From an uncultured bacterium (lineage in GTDB: Bacteria > Acidobacteriota > Thermoanaerobaculia > Multivoradales > JAHZIX01), in assembly GCA_965368975.1 (NCBI GenBank), contig CBDUPA010000004.1, forward strand, positions 1-64,000: a DNA stretch of 64,000 nucleotides, read 5' to 3'. How positions within the stretch are numbered: the stretch's first letter is position 1; every line of letters starts with the position of its first letter. Position numbers and translations under genes: made by a program. This document shows positions 38,779 to 48,671 of this stretch, piece by piece. The notes beneath the pieces were generated by a model. It made no database searches. It was not told the origin of the DNA and worked only from the letters and a program-made list of their open reading frames with translations.

Positions 38779-40527
38779 ATGCGCATCCAAATCAAACGCC
38801 CCGACGTCCCCGTAGCTCGTCTGTTGGCCTTCGTGCTACCCCTGGTGGCTGGGCTGATGGTGTTGTACGCCATGCTGCGGGTCCTGCCACATGCCGGCGA
38901 TCCCGCCGCTCTGCTGCGAGGTGCCCGTCTGCTGGCAGAGCGCACGCCGGTCGTCGAGGTGGGTTGGATCGAGGAAGCTTTCCCGCCGCGCTACCTCACC
39001 TCGCCGCCCGGGGCTCTGCCGTGCGCCAGCCGCACCAACGCACCCCGCCGCACGCGTGCCGCCGTCGAGACAGCATTGGTCGAGGCGCGTCGAGGCGAGA
39101 CGCAAGTCGCCATGGACCGCTTGCAGCGTCTGGGAGACCGTCACTGGCTGCCGCCGCTGGTCCTCGGTCTACTGCTGCTGGACTCGCAGACTGAGGCTGC
39201 TCAGGCTGAGTTCGCTCAGACAGAGAACGTCTCGCGTAGTCAGCTGGTGCTGGTGCGCGCCGTCGAACGTCAGGGTATCCGGCCGAGCGACAACGAGCAG
39301 ACCTTGCGCGCACAGATCTACCTGATGCAGGCCACCGCCTTCCTGCAGATCGAGCACGACCGAGCGGACGACAACCTGTTCACCTATGTCAAGAACCCGA
39401 TCGGTTTCACCAAGCTGCTGGTGCAGCGGGGCCGCTTGGCCGACGTCCAGTCGATGCCCACCTGGAGCCAGCTGGAGATTGCACCGCCCGGCTGTCCGCC
39501 GGGAACCCGGGGAGCGCTGTCAACCTACGATCTCTACAACAACCTGCTGGTGGCCTATCTGAAGTCGCCCGACTATGAAGAGACACAGAGCGAGCGAGAC
39601 GACGAGTTCAAGCGCACCTATCGAGACTCGCCGGTGTCCAACCCGCTGCTGATGGTGCTGCGCGAGGTGCAGCAAGATCTGACCGGCGGCGAGAACTGGG
39701 TGTGGGCGATCTCCAACGCCGAACGCATTCTGCGCTGGAATCCGGCGTCACCCAACGACGCCCGCCTGAGCTACAACCTGGCTGCGTTGCTCGATTCCGC
39801 CCTGCCTCACACCCCGGATGCCGCCCGCGCGTCCCTGCTACAGCGGCGCGACGATTTGCACCAGGCGGCGTTGGACTTGCGGGATCAACTCCAGGCTGGC
39901 GAACGTGCCGAACTCGTGGTCGGCCTGCTGCGACTCGACCTGCTGCGCGCCGCTCGTCAAAGTCGCCAGCCGGATGCTCTTTTGCTCGACGCCGCGACGC
40001 TCACGTCGGCCCAGCAGCGGACCGCTGACCAACTCCTGGCCGCACTGGCACGGCGCATCCATCCCGAGCAGCTGGCCTCGACCTTCACGCAGGCAGGTCG
40101 CACCGATGCCAGCCACACGCAAGTCGGCGTGGAGCTCGGCGAGCGCGCCACCGACTGGTTGGCCGCCCTCCGCTGGGACACGGCATCGACCCTCGGCCAG
40201 ATCGGCCTCGACCGGCGCGAAGAACTCGACTCGGCGCAGCTCTTGACCTACGCCCAGACCGGCTATGCCCTGCTCGATGGTCAGACCGCGCCGCCCGCAC
40301 TGGCCGAGCTGCGCGGCCTGGTCGACGATTGGCGTCGCTGGCTTCTGCCCGACTCCGTCCGCCTCGCCTGGCAGATTCTCGCCACCGTGCTGGCGCTGGC
40401 CGTCTTCCTGCTGCTGTGGCGCGAACTGCACTGGATCGCAGTGCTGCTGCGTCGCCGCAAGGCGCTGCTGACGTCCTTCTACCGCCTGGAAGCGGACGCT
40501 CAGCGGCGAGCGGCGGGACGCGGCTAG
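38779..40527 (+). CDS. Membrane protein: N-terminal and C-terminal TM helices flanking a roughly 480-aa helical (TPR-like) domain
   Basis: TM LLAFVLPLVAGLMVLYAML and TM LAWQILATVLALAVFLLLW, basic C-tail, LSYNLAALL. Confidence 0.65.
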   Translation: MRIQIKRPDVPVARLLAFVLPLVAGLMVLYAMLRVLPHAGDPAALLRGARLLAERTPVVEVGWIEEAFPPRYLTSPPGALPCASRTNAPRRTRAAVETALVEARRGETQVAMDRLQRLGDRHWLPPLVLGLLLLDSQTEAAQAEFAQTENVSRSQLVLVRAVERQGIRPSDNEQTLRAQIYLMQATAFLQIEHDRADDNLFTYVKNPIGFTKLLVQRGRLADVQSMPTWSQLEIAPPGCPPGTRGALSTYDLYNNLLVAYLKSPDYEETQSERDDEFKRTYRDSPVSNPLLMVLREVQQDLTGGENWVWAISNAERILRWNPASPNDARLSYNLAALLDSALPHTPDAARASLLQRRDDLHQAALDLRDQLQAGERAELVVGLLRLDLLRAARQSRQPDALLLDAATLTSAQQRTADQLLAALARRIHPEQLASTFTQAGRTDASHTQVGVELGERATDWLAALRWDTASTLGQIGLDRREELDSAQLLTYAQTGYALLDGQTAPPALAELRGLVDDWRRWLLPDSVRLAWQILATVLALAVFLLLWRELHWIAVLLRRRKALLTSFYRLEADAQRRAAGRG

Positions 40528-41834
40528 GTTCGCAGCAACGACATCCCCTGTCCCGCCCAGCCCGGAAAGACGACGGAATCCTCCGCGACGCCGAGGTGGT
40601 GGGTCGCGCCGCTGAAGACCGCTCTGAAGTCCGTGGTTACTGGTAGGTCTCGCCCTTCGTAAAGGGCGCTCTCGTCGAGTCCGGGGAAATGACCGTGGAC
40701 CTTGCCGCCGTCGACCTGGTTGCCGAGCACGAAGAGGCAGGAGCCGTGGCCGTGGTCGGTGCCGCCGGAGCCGTTCTCGCGCACGGTGCGGCCGAACTCG
40801 GTCATGGTCAGCACCAGCACGTCATCCTGGTGCGTACCGAGGTCGGTCCAGAAGGCGGCCACGGAGTCGGCGAGATCGCGGGCACGGCGGGCGAAGGAGC
40901 CGGTGGAGGTGCCTTGCTGCACATGGGTGTCCCAGCCGCCGGATTCGGCGAAGGCGATCTCGAGGCCGAGGTCGGCCTTGATCAGCATGGCGATCTGGCG
41001 CAGGGAGTTGCCCAGTGGACTGCGCGGATAGCGCGCGCCGTGGGCCGGCCGGTAGCTACGCAGGTTGGCCTGTTCGAGCGCACCGACGGCGTCGAAGGTG
41101 TCGTCGGCGGTGTCGCGTAGCAGGTCCTGGGAGGTCTGCTGGTAGAGAGCTTCGAAGCCCTGGCCGGCTGCCTGGGTGGCACGCCGTGCACCCGGCAAGT
41201 CGACGCGGAAGTCGGCCAGATTGGTGACCGCGATGGCGGGCTCGGCGCCGTAGAGGGAGCGTGGCAGCGCGGAGGTCATGGCGACCGAACGGAAGGGCGT
41301 GGCGTCGTGACCGAGCAGGCCGCTGACGCGGTTGAGCCAGCCGCTGGGGGTGCCCTTGCGACCGGGGGTGGCGGTTTCCATGTAGTCCTGGGCGTCGAAG
41401 TGGGAGCGCGTGGTGTCCGGCGAGCCGACGGCATGGATGATGCCCAGACGTTCGTCCTGCCACAGCGGCAGCAGAGGCTCGAAGGCGGGGTGCAAACCGA
41501 AGTCGACACCGAGGTCGAGGAGAGCCTCTTCACCAGCACCGCGGCCGGCGTTCATGGCCAGGCGTGGACGGTAGCGCTGCAGAGCGCTCAGCTCGGTCAG
41601 CGGCGGTACGGCCATCAGGCCATCCATGGCGCCACGTTGGAAGATGGTGACCAGGACCTTGCGACGTTTGTAGGCGCCTGGCTCGGGGGCGGCGAGGGCG
41701 GTGCGATGCAGGAACGAGGGCCCGAGGCCGAGGCTGCAGAGCGCGAGGCCTCCGGCTTTGAGGAAGATGCGGCGGTCGAGGTGCGTCTCCCGGGATCGAG
41801 TTGGGGATGACGTCTTGCCGTGGTGGTCACACAT
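40524..41834 (-). CDS. DUF1501 family protein (Tat-exported)
   Basis: DRRIFLK Tat motif, QRGAMDGL, GLHP, TRSHFDAQ, GGWDTH, TEFGRT, GTDHG. RBS AAGGAG before ATG 41834. Confidence 0.9.
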   Translation of the reverse strand: MCDHHGKTSSPTRSRETHLDRRIFLKAGGLALCSLGLGPSFLHRTALAAPEPGAYKRRKVLVTIFQRGAMDGLMAVPPLTELSALQRYRPRLAMNAGRGAGEEALLDLGVDFGLHPAFEPLLPLWQDERLGIIHAVGSPDTTRSHFDAQDYMETATPGRKGTPSGWLNRVSGLLGHDATPFRSVAMTSALPRSLYGAEPAIAVTNLADFRVDLPGARRATQAAGQGFEALYQQTSQDLLRDTADDTFDAVGALEQANLRSYRPAHGARYPRSPLGNSLRQIAMLIKADLGLEIAFAESGGWDTHVQQGTSTGSFARRARDLADSVAAFWTDLGTHQDDVLVLTMTEFGRTVRENGSGGTDHGHGSCLFVLGNQVDGGKVHGHFPGLDESALYEGRDLPVTTDFRAVFSGATHHLGVAEDSVVFPGWAGQGMSLLRT

Positions 41835-41859
41835 GTGGGGGCTCCTTCGGAGGAAGATG

Positions 41860-43911
41860 TTACCGTCTTTGAAACTCGGGGGATCCCAGGATGACGCCGA
41901 TGACTTGTTCCAGAGGGGTGGGGGGAGCGTAGCTCTGGGAGGCAAGGCGACCCGAGGAACCGAAGAGAAGGTTGTCGAGTTCCGGGTCGACGGCGTAAGG
42001 ATCGTCCGTGCTCGGCTCGGGTGCGGCTCCGCTCACTTTGTCGGCGAGGGCCGGATCCTGGACCACCGGCGTCAGCAGTGCGATGGTCCCCTCAGCGTCG
42101 CGCTCGGGCATCAACAGCGGCACATAGGTCTCGAGCGCGGCCTGCATCGACTCGGGCTCTCGGTGCTCGCCAGCCGGGGACGCGGCCAGGGCTGACAGGT
42201 CTAGACGCACGCCGTCGACGCGACCAGCGGCCAACTGCAGGCCGAAGTTCATGCGATTGAGCAGCGAGCCGGTGTTGACCCAGGCGTCGGCGGTGTCTGG
42301 GTAGCCGGTGGGGGCCTGGTAGGCATAGAGCGGTTGGCCCATGCGTGACACCCATTCGAGGGTGCCTTGCGGGTGCGACACATCGGCGTCGAGAGCGCGC
42401 AGCGTCGAGGCGGCGAGCTCGAGCGGTGACTTGATCTTGCTGCCGCGGGCCTGCCAGAACTCGGGAGACCGGACCAGCGTGCGCAGGACGGTCGGTAGGT
42501 CGCCGCGGGAGCGCTCGAAGGTCGAGGCAAGGCGTTCGACCAATGACGGGGAGGGCTGATCCGTGACGAAGCGGACGGCGAGCTTGTGCGCCAGGTGACG
42601 GCCGGTAGAGGCATGATCGGCCAGCAGGTCGAGCACGTCTTCGCCGTCTTCGATACCGCGCCCGGCCGGCAGGGTGGTGCCCAGGACGCGCTTGGCGGCG
42701 GCGTCGTGGGCGTCGGCGCGGAAGAGGAACAGGCCGTCGACATGGAAGCCGGCGCGCGCCGCCCTGTGTGGATTCTCGCTCAGGCGCTCCAGGGCACGCT
42801 GCTGGCTGCCATCGCGGCCGATGCGGGGTGGCAGCACGCTCCAGCCGGTAAAGGCCCGAGCTACCTCGATCACATCGTCCTGGCTGTAGCCGCCGTCGAC
42901 GCCGAGGGTGTGCAGTTCGAGCAGCTCGCGTGCATAGTTTTCGTTCAAGCCATCGCTGCGTCGGCGTTGCCGCGCTTCGTCGTCGCCCTCGCGTGAGCCG
43001 CGTCGCGGGGCTTGGCTGCCACCAAAGCTCCCCGGTCGCTGTCCACCGAAGCCGCGCTGCCCGCCGAAGCTACCTCCGCGTCCGCCCCGGCCTCGACGCA
43101 TCTGGCGCGGGTCGAAGGTCGTCGGACGACCCTCTTCAGCGGTCGAGCGAGCGTTGTCCAGGTAGACCAGCATTGCCGGGTGGCGAGCGGTGGCGCCGAG
43201 CAGGTCGCGGAAAGTGCCGAGCACGTGCGGGCGAATGGCGTCACGCTCGTAACTCAACACCAGCGGTCGAGCGAGATTGTTGGTGATCGAAACGTTGAAA
43301 TGGTTGAACCAAAAGTCCGTCAGCACCTCGCGTAGCTGATTCTCCGCGTAGACGGCACGTCCGAGCTTCTGTGCCATCGTCTCGGCCAGCAGTTCACGCT
43401 GCGGCCGGATGCCCTGCTGCTCGGCCCAGCGTCGCACCTGCTCGAACATCGCCCGTCGATTCCGGTCGCTGCCGTTACTGTCACCTGGTTGAAGATCGGC
43501 GTCGATGACGCCCTCGCGGCGCGCACGGTTCAGGACCAGACCCGGATTCGGATAGGTCTCGACAATCTTTTCCAGCGGTAGGTCCAGTGTGCCGAGTGGC
43601 TCGAGCTTCTCGCGCAAGCGCGGCTCCGGCAGACGTGCGGTCAGCTGCGTTTCGAACCAGGTCTCGAGGCCCAGTTCGAGCACGCGGTCGACATCCCCTG
43701 GCCTGGGTCCATAGGTCCAGCGGTCGAGCAGGTGAGCGGCGGCCTGGCGTTCGCTGAGACCAGCGTCGCGCCAGGGGAAAGCGCCTGAATCCGTGCGTTC
43801 TTGCCGAGCCGTGTTCGTGTCGGTGGCCGCAGATTCGATCGGCGTGCTGAGCACCGCCAAGACGCTGACCAGGAGGGTCGAGAGAGCGAGCAGAGTTTTC
43901 AGTCGGGGCAT
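41860..43911 (-). CDS. DUF1800 family protein
   Basis: HLLDRWTYG, FWFNHFNV, HPAMLVYLDN, NENYARELLELHTLG, ARAFTGW, SPEFQRR. Confidence 0.92.
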   Translation of the reverse strand: MPRLKTLLALSTLLVSVLAVLSTPIESAATDTNTARQERTDSGAFPWRDAGLSERQAAAHLLDRWTYGPRPGDVDRVLELGLETWFETQLTARLPEPRLREKLEPLGTLDLPLEKIVETYPNPGLVLNRARREGVIDADLQPGDSNGSDRNRRAMFEQVRRWAEQQGIRPQRELLAETMAQKLGRAVYAENQLREVLTDFWFNHFNVSITNNLARPLVLSYERDAIRPHVLGTFRDLLGATARHPAMLVYLDNARSTAEEGRPTTFDPRQMRRGRGGRGGSFGGQRGFGGQRPGSFGGSQAPRRGSREGDDEARQRRRSDGLNENYARELLELHTLGVDGGYSQDDVIEVARAFTGWSVLPPRIGRDGSQQRALERLSENPHRAARAGFHVDGLFLFRADAHDAAAKRVLGTTLPAGRGIEDGEDVLDLLADHASTGRHLAHKLAVRFVTDQPSPSLVERLASTFERSRGDLPTVLRTLVRSPEFWQARGSKIKSPLELAASTLRALDADVSHPQGTLEWVSRMGQPLYAYQAPTGYPDTADAWVNTGSLLNRMNFGLQLAAGRVDGVRLDLSALAASPAGEHREPESMQAALETYVPLLMPERDAEGTIALLTPVVQDPALADKVSGAAPEPSTDDPYAVDPELDNLLFGSSGRLASQSYAPPTPLEQVIGVILGSPEFQRR

Positions 43912-44151
43912 GGGGTTCCTCCAGGTCGGTTCGTGGCACATGCAGGGAGTAACCCGCGAGGACATCGGATCCTGCGCTCGCTGTGAGCAAGTGAGTTGAT
44001 CCCAGACAAGAAGAAGCTCTTCTGCTATACTAGAATTCTATCTATTAAGCTGAGGCCGATTCTCTGTGAGATTTGGCGCCGGTTCCCTTGAGTTGAGGCT
44101 GAGTCACTGCGAACAGCTTGCTCCGACAGCGCGAGAGGAGAACGAAGGGTC

Positions 44152-45735
44152 ATGGCGAGAACATCGCGAGTCTGGACCAGGTGGGTCTGGTTCCCATCAT
44201 TGATCTGTGCGGTACTGCTCACTGGTTGCCCGCCCGCTGGCGGTCCGGTAGAGGAGCCGCAGAACGGTGACAACGGGTCGGCGAGAGAACCCGAGCCGAA
44301 CCACGAGGTGGAACCGGGACCAGAACCGGAAGGTGTCCACATTCGGCGTGACATCTACGACCTGGATCAGAACGACCCCGAGATGGTCGCGGCGCTGGAA
44401 ACGGCGATCGCCGCCATGCAGGCTTTGCCCGCCAGCAACCAGACGAGCTGGATCTACCAGGCCAACATCCACGGCATCCCCGAACAGGGCAACATGAGCG
44501 GGCAGATCTGCCAGGTGACCACCGGCGTCTCAGACCCGGTGTCCTGGGAGACTTGCCAGCATGGCCAGTACTTCTTCCTCTCCTGGCACCGCATGTACCT
44601 CTACTACTTCGAACGTATCCTGCGTCACTACTCGGGGCGTGACGACTTCGCCTTGCCGTACTGGGACTACGAGAAGCCGGGTCAGCTCGCGTTGCCGCCG
44701 CCCTTCCGCAATCCGGACAGCCCGCTCTTCGTGGCACAGCGTGCGCCGGGCATCAACCAGGGCACGACGCAGCTGTCCAGCACCGACGTCGATCCCACAC
44801 AGGCCTTGATGCGCATTCCGTTCATTGGCACCATGAGCGCCTCGACGCTGAGCTTCGGCGGTGCCGAGGTGCCGGCCCCGGACCACAGCGGTGGTTGGCC
44901 GGGACAGCTCGAAGTGCGACCGCACAATGTGGTGCACACCTCGCTCGGCGGCAACGTTGGTTGGATGTCCTGGCCGCAGTGCGCGGCGCGCGATCCGATC
45001 TTCTGGTTGCACCACGCCAACATCGACCGCCTGTGGCAGGTGTGGCTGAACGTCGGCGGCGGCCGGGCCAATCCGGTGGGCGACAGCGAATGGCTGAACA
45101 CCGTCTTCACCTTCTTCGACATCGAAACCGATGGCACGCCCAAGGAAGTGACGATGACGGCCGTGGACATCCTGAACACTGTTTCGCAGCTGGACTACAA
45201 GTACGCCGGTGTGCCAGCGCAAGAGGCGGTCACGCCAGAGGCGGCTCCGCCTGAGGTAGCCCCACCGGCTTCTCCGGAAGCGGCCGAGGAGGCCCCCGAA
45301 ATGCTGGCCAGCCACGAGAAGGTCGAAGAGCTGACCGACGAACGCGCGCGCGTCGCACTGACCTTGCCGGAGGCGGAGACCGAACTGCTGCGCGACGACA
45401 AACGGCTGATCGTGGTGGTCAAGAATGTGCGCCAGGTACGCGTGGGCGCCTACTACCGGGTGTTCCTGAACCTGCCGGCAGACGCCGAAGCGGATCCAGA
45501 AGGTCCGTACTATGTGGGCGTGATTTCTCTCTTCGGCACCGGCCATGGAGTTCACAGCCCGCACGCCAGCAACTTCGCCTTCGACATCACGGCCAATGTG
45601 CGCCAGCTCCAGGAGCAGAATCTGTGGACTGGCGATGTCTCCCTGAGTTTCGAACGCGCCAATCCGCAGCCCTCGCCGCAGGGTGAGGATGGTCCGTTCA
45701 TGACCTTCGACGCGGTGGTGCTGCAGCGGCAGTAG
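44152..45735 (+). CDS. Lipoprotein tyrosinase/polyphenol oxidase (type-3 copper)
   Basis: Lipobox LTGC. CuA: ANIHG, CQHGQYFFLSWHRMYL. CuB: HNVVH, DPIFWLHHANIDRLW. PPO-type C-terminal domain (YRVFLNLP, YVGVISLFG). Confidence 0.9.
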   Translation: MARTSRVWTRWVWFPSLICAVLLTGCPPAGGPVEEPQNGDNGSAREPEPNHEVEPGPEPEGVHIRRDIYDLDQNDPEMVAALETAIAAMQALPASNQTSWIYQANIHGIPEQGNMSGQICQVTTGVSDPVSWETCQHGQYFFLSWHRMYLYYFERILRHYSGRDDFALPYWDYEKPGQLALPPPFRNPDSPLFVAQRAPGINQGTTQLSSTDVDPTQALMRIPFIGTMSASTLSFGGAEVPAPDHSGGWPGQLEVRPHNVVHTSLGGNVGWMSWPQCAARDPIFWLHHANIDRLWQVWLNVGGGRANPVGDSEWLNTVFTFFDIETDGTPKEVTMTAVDILNTVSQLDYKYAGVPAQEAVTPEAAPPEVAPPASPEAAEEAPEMLASHEKVEELTDERARVALTLPEAETELLRDDKRLIVVVKNVRQVRVGAYYRVFLNLPADAEADPEGPYYVGVISLFGTGHGVHSPHASNFAFDITANVRQLQEQNLWTGDVSLSFERANPQPSPQGEDGPFMTFDAVVLQRQ

Positions 45736-45762
45736 CCTCCGGTCCACAGTGCCCTCCCGCCG

Positions 45763-45810
45763 AGCGCCACGCCCCACCGGAGTCATTCGGCCCGGGGCGT
45801 GGCGCTTTTC
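45763..45810 (+). terminator. Putative intrinsic terminator after tyrosinase
   Basis: AGCGCCACGCCCC ... GGGGCGTGGCGCT followed by a T-run. Confidence 0.6.
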
Positions 45811-45945
45811 CATGAACAAACTAACGCCTTTTCGCGCTTGCAGCTACGGTGAATCCGTCACGGTATTGCCATCCCAACTCACTATGCTTAGTGACGGACG
45901 GTTAGGACCGCAGATGAGTCCGGCCACACGAATGGAGGAGTTTCC

Positions 45946-46635
45946 ATGTTTTTCCTGAGTTCTGAGAAGCTGCAACAGAAGATGCAGATGCCCCGACCTG
46001 AAGAAGCGCTGCCCGGACGAGCCGAACGTATGTCGGTTCCGGAGATGCACCATGTGCTCGGCACACCGCTGAGTGGTCCCTTCCCCGAGGGACTGCAGCT
46101 GGCGATGTTCGGCATGGGGTGCTTCTGGGGAGCTGAGCGCAAGTTCTGGCAGGCCGATGGCGTGTACTCCACCTCGGTGGGGTATGCGGCTGGCTATACC
46201 CAGAACCCGACCTACGAAGAAGTGTGCTCCGGGCGTACCGGGCACAACGAGGTCGTCCTTGTCGTCTTCGACCCAAGGCAGACTTCCTACGAACAGATGC
46301 TGAAGGTTTTCTGGGAGAACCACGATCCAACCCAGGGCATGCGCCAGGGTAACGACGTGGGTACCCAATACCGCTCCGGTATCTACACCTACGGTCCAGA
46401 CCAGCGGGCAGCAGCCAATGCTTCGCGCGAGGCCTACCAGGCCCGGCTACGTGACGCTGGCTACGGTGACGTCACCACCGAGATCCAAGACGCGCCCGAC
46501 TTCTTCTACGCCGAGCACTACCACCAGCAGTACCTGAGCAAGAATCCCGGTGGCTACTGCGGCCTGGGTGGTACGGGTATCGGCTGTCCGGTGGGGCTCG
46601 AAATGGAGAGCGTGGTCACCGCCGGCGCGGCCTAG
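45946..46635 (+). CDS. msrA: Peptide-methionine (S)-S-oxide reductase
   Basis: [36 protein letters not shown]. Confidence 0.96.
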   Translation: MFFLSSEKLQQKMQMPRPEEALPGRAERMSVPEMHHVLGTPLSGPFPEGLQLAMFGMGCFWGAERKFWQADGVYSTSVGYAAGYTQNPTYEEVCSGRTGHNEVVLVVFDPRQTSYEQMLKVFWENHDPTQGMRQGNDVGTQYRSGIYTYGPDQRAAANASREAYQARLRDAGYGDVTTEIQDAPDFFYAEHYHQQYLSKNPGGYCGLGGTGIGCPVGLEMESVVTAGAA

Positions 46636-46697
46636 GTCCCAGCGGCTCCGCGTCTACCGGTTCCCGGATCGAGTGACCCCTGGCCCTGAGGCGAGGC

Positions 46698-47732
46698 TCA
46701 GGGGCGAGGGGTGCTCCGTGGAGAGGTAGTTCCTGAAGAGGCCGTTCCTGAAGAGAGGGTTCCCGGTTCCACCAGCTGCAGATCGATTTGTGGCTGCTGG
46801 CCGGGTGCTAGTAGGAAGATTTGCGTCTCGGGCAGGACGCGCTCCATCGTCTGGTTGTATAGCTCGATGCGGGTCTGCCGTGGCGAGATGCGGTGGCGGG
46901 CGAGCAGGGACTCGAAGCGATCGGCGGCGCCTTCGGCGGCCTGCCGCCGCGAATCTGCGTCGGCGCGCGCGGTCTCGGTCAGCGTCTCGGCCTCGCCGCG
47001 CGCCAGCCGCAGGTCACGGGCTCGGCGTCCCTCGGCCTCGCTGATCACCTGTGACGCTTCCGCACGCGCGTCCGATACGTCGCGGAAGGCGCCGCTCGCT
47101 TCGCGTGGTGGATCGACCGCCTGGAGATTGACCGCCACCAGGTCGATACCGGCGTCGAAGTCTTCCAGCCGCTGCTGAGCTTCCCGGCGTACGTGCAACT
47201 GCAGGCGTGCCTTGGCCGAGGTCAGCAGGTCGTCGACGGTGGTGGCGGCGAACTCTTCGAGCAGGCAGGCACGCACCACTTGTTGGATCAGGCCTTCTGG
47301 ATCCTCCGTCGCCCACAGGAACTTGCCCGGCCGGCGAATGCGGTACTGCACCACGACGCGCGCCTCGATCAGGTTGAGGTCTCCTGAGACCAGCGACAGC
47401 GTTGGCGACAGATCCGAGGTTACCTCGACGCGCGACACCTCACCGGTTTCCAGAATGTGCACGCGGTCCAGGCCTGGCGGCAGGGCCCAGTGCAGGCCGG
47501 GCTCTACGGCATCGTCGACCAGAGCGCCGAAGCGCTGCACCGCCGCCGTCTGGCCGCTGTCGATAGTGTAGATCCCGCGTCCCAGCCACACGGCCAGCGC
47601 GAGCAGCGAGCCGCCAACCAGCAGGGGCCGCCAGTAACGGTGCAGCAGGCGTCGGGCACGCCGGATCAGCGGCACGGAGCGCGACCGGTGCCGGACCGAG
47701 GGGGGCGTGTGAGCGTCGACCTCAGGGAGCAC
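46698..47732 (-). CDS. hflK: SPFH/band-7 protein, HflK-like
   Basis: N-terminal TM, AVQRFG, PGLHWALP, SGDLNLIE, AFRDVSDA, ARGEA. Confidence 0.8.
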   Translation of the reverse strand: MLPEVDAHTPPSVRHRSRSVPLIRRARRLLHRYWRPLLVGGSLLALAVWLGRGIYTIDSGQTAAVQRFGALVDDAVEPGLHWALPPGLDRVHILETGEVSRVEVTSDLSPTLSLVSGDLNLIEARVVVQYRIRRPGKFLWATEDPEGLIQQVVRACLLEEFAATTVDDLLTSAKARLQLHVRREAQQRLEDFDAGIDLVAVNLQAVDPPREASGAFRDVSDARAEASQVISEAEGRRARDLRLARGEAETLTETARADADSRRQAAEGAADRFESLLARHRISPRQTRIELYNQTMERVLPETQIFLLAPGQQPQIDLQLVEPGTLSSGTASSGTTSPRSTPRP

Positions 47733-48615
47733 GGAAGGTCTCCATCAGCTCGGACTCGCCGTCCAGGAAGATGGTCGTCTGCGTGCCGAAGATCTTCTCG
47801 TAGGCTTCTAGCGAGCGTAGGAACTCGTAGAACTGCGGATCCTGGCCGTAAGCCGCCGCCAGCAGGCGCAGCGCCTCGGCGTCGCCCGCACCGCGGTGCT
47901 TCTCGGCTTCGGAACGCGCCTCGGCCAGGATCTTCTCGGCCTCGGTGCGCGACTGCGCCTCGATCTTCAGCGCCTCTTCCTCGCCCTCACTGCGGTAGGC
48001 GGTGGCGATCCGCGAGCGCTCGGCACGCATGCGCTCGATGACGCTGCGCCGGTTCTGGCGCGGCAGGTTGAAGCCGTTGATCTCCAGGTCCACCACCTCG
48101 ACGCCGAAGTTCTGGCGCGCCACCTGGTCGACCGCCTCGCCGGCACGGTTGGCGACCTCGCTCAGCAGTACCTTCTCGGGGTCCAGGTTGATGAAGTGCT
48201 CCATCGGTTCGCTGCCCACCTCGGCGCCCAGCGTCGCGGTCGCCAGGTCGAGCAGCCGCGCTTCCGCCTCCAGCCGTGTCTTGACCGTCTGGGCGAAGCG
48301 CAGTGGATCGCTGATACGCCAGCACAGGAAGCTGTCGACCAGCACGTTCTTTTTGTCCAGCGTCAGCATCTCGACCGGCTCATTGTCGAACACGAGCAAG
48401 CGGTCGTCGAGCCGGATCACGCCGTCCACCGGCCACGGCAACTTGAAGTGCAGGCCCGGCTGCGCCACCTCCTCCACCGTGGTGGCGAGCGGCCTTCCAA
48501 AGCGCGTCACCACCGCCACCTCGCCCTCGGGCACGGTGAACATGGTGGTGGGCAGCAGGCCGATGGCTACGAGTAGCAGCAGGATCCACAGGACAGTACG
48601 GGTTCTCATGGTCAT
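47722..48615 (-). CDS. hflC: SPFH/band-7 protein, HflC-like
   Basis: VVTRFG, PGLHFKLP, LTLDKKNVLVD, RMRAER, YRSEG, GDAEA, FYEFLRSLEAY. Confidence 0.88.
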   Translation of the reverse strand: MTMRTRTVLWILLLLVAIGLLPTTMFTVPEGEVAVVTRFGRPLATTVEEVAQPGLHFKLPWPVDGVIRLDDRLLVFDNEPVEMLTLDKKNVLVDSFLCWRISDPLRFAQTVKTRLEAEARLLDLATATLGAEVGSEPMEHFINLDPEKVLLSEVANRAGEAVDQVARQNFGVEVVDLEINGFNLPRQNRRSVIERMRAERSRIATAYRSEGEEEALKIEAQSRTEAEKILAEARSEAEKHRGAGDAEALRLLAAAYGQDPQFYEFLRSLEAYEKIFGTQTTIFLDGESELMETFRAP

Positions 48616-48671
48616 TCCTCAGCAGTCGCGTCGTGTTCAGCGGCCGGCAGCCTCGCAGGTCTGGAGAGTTC

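Noticed and set aside
45946-46635. MsrA as a selenoprotein, given selB
   Set aside because: The active site is TGC (GCFWG), not TGA; no in-frame UGA readthrough candidate was noticed in the window.
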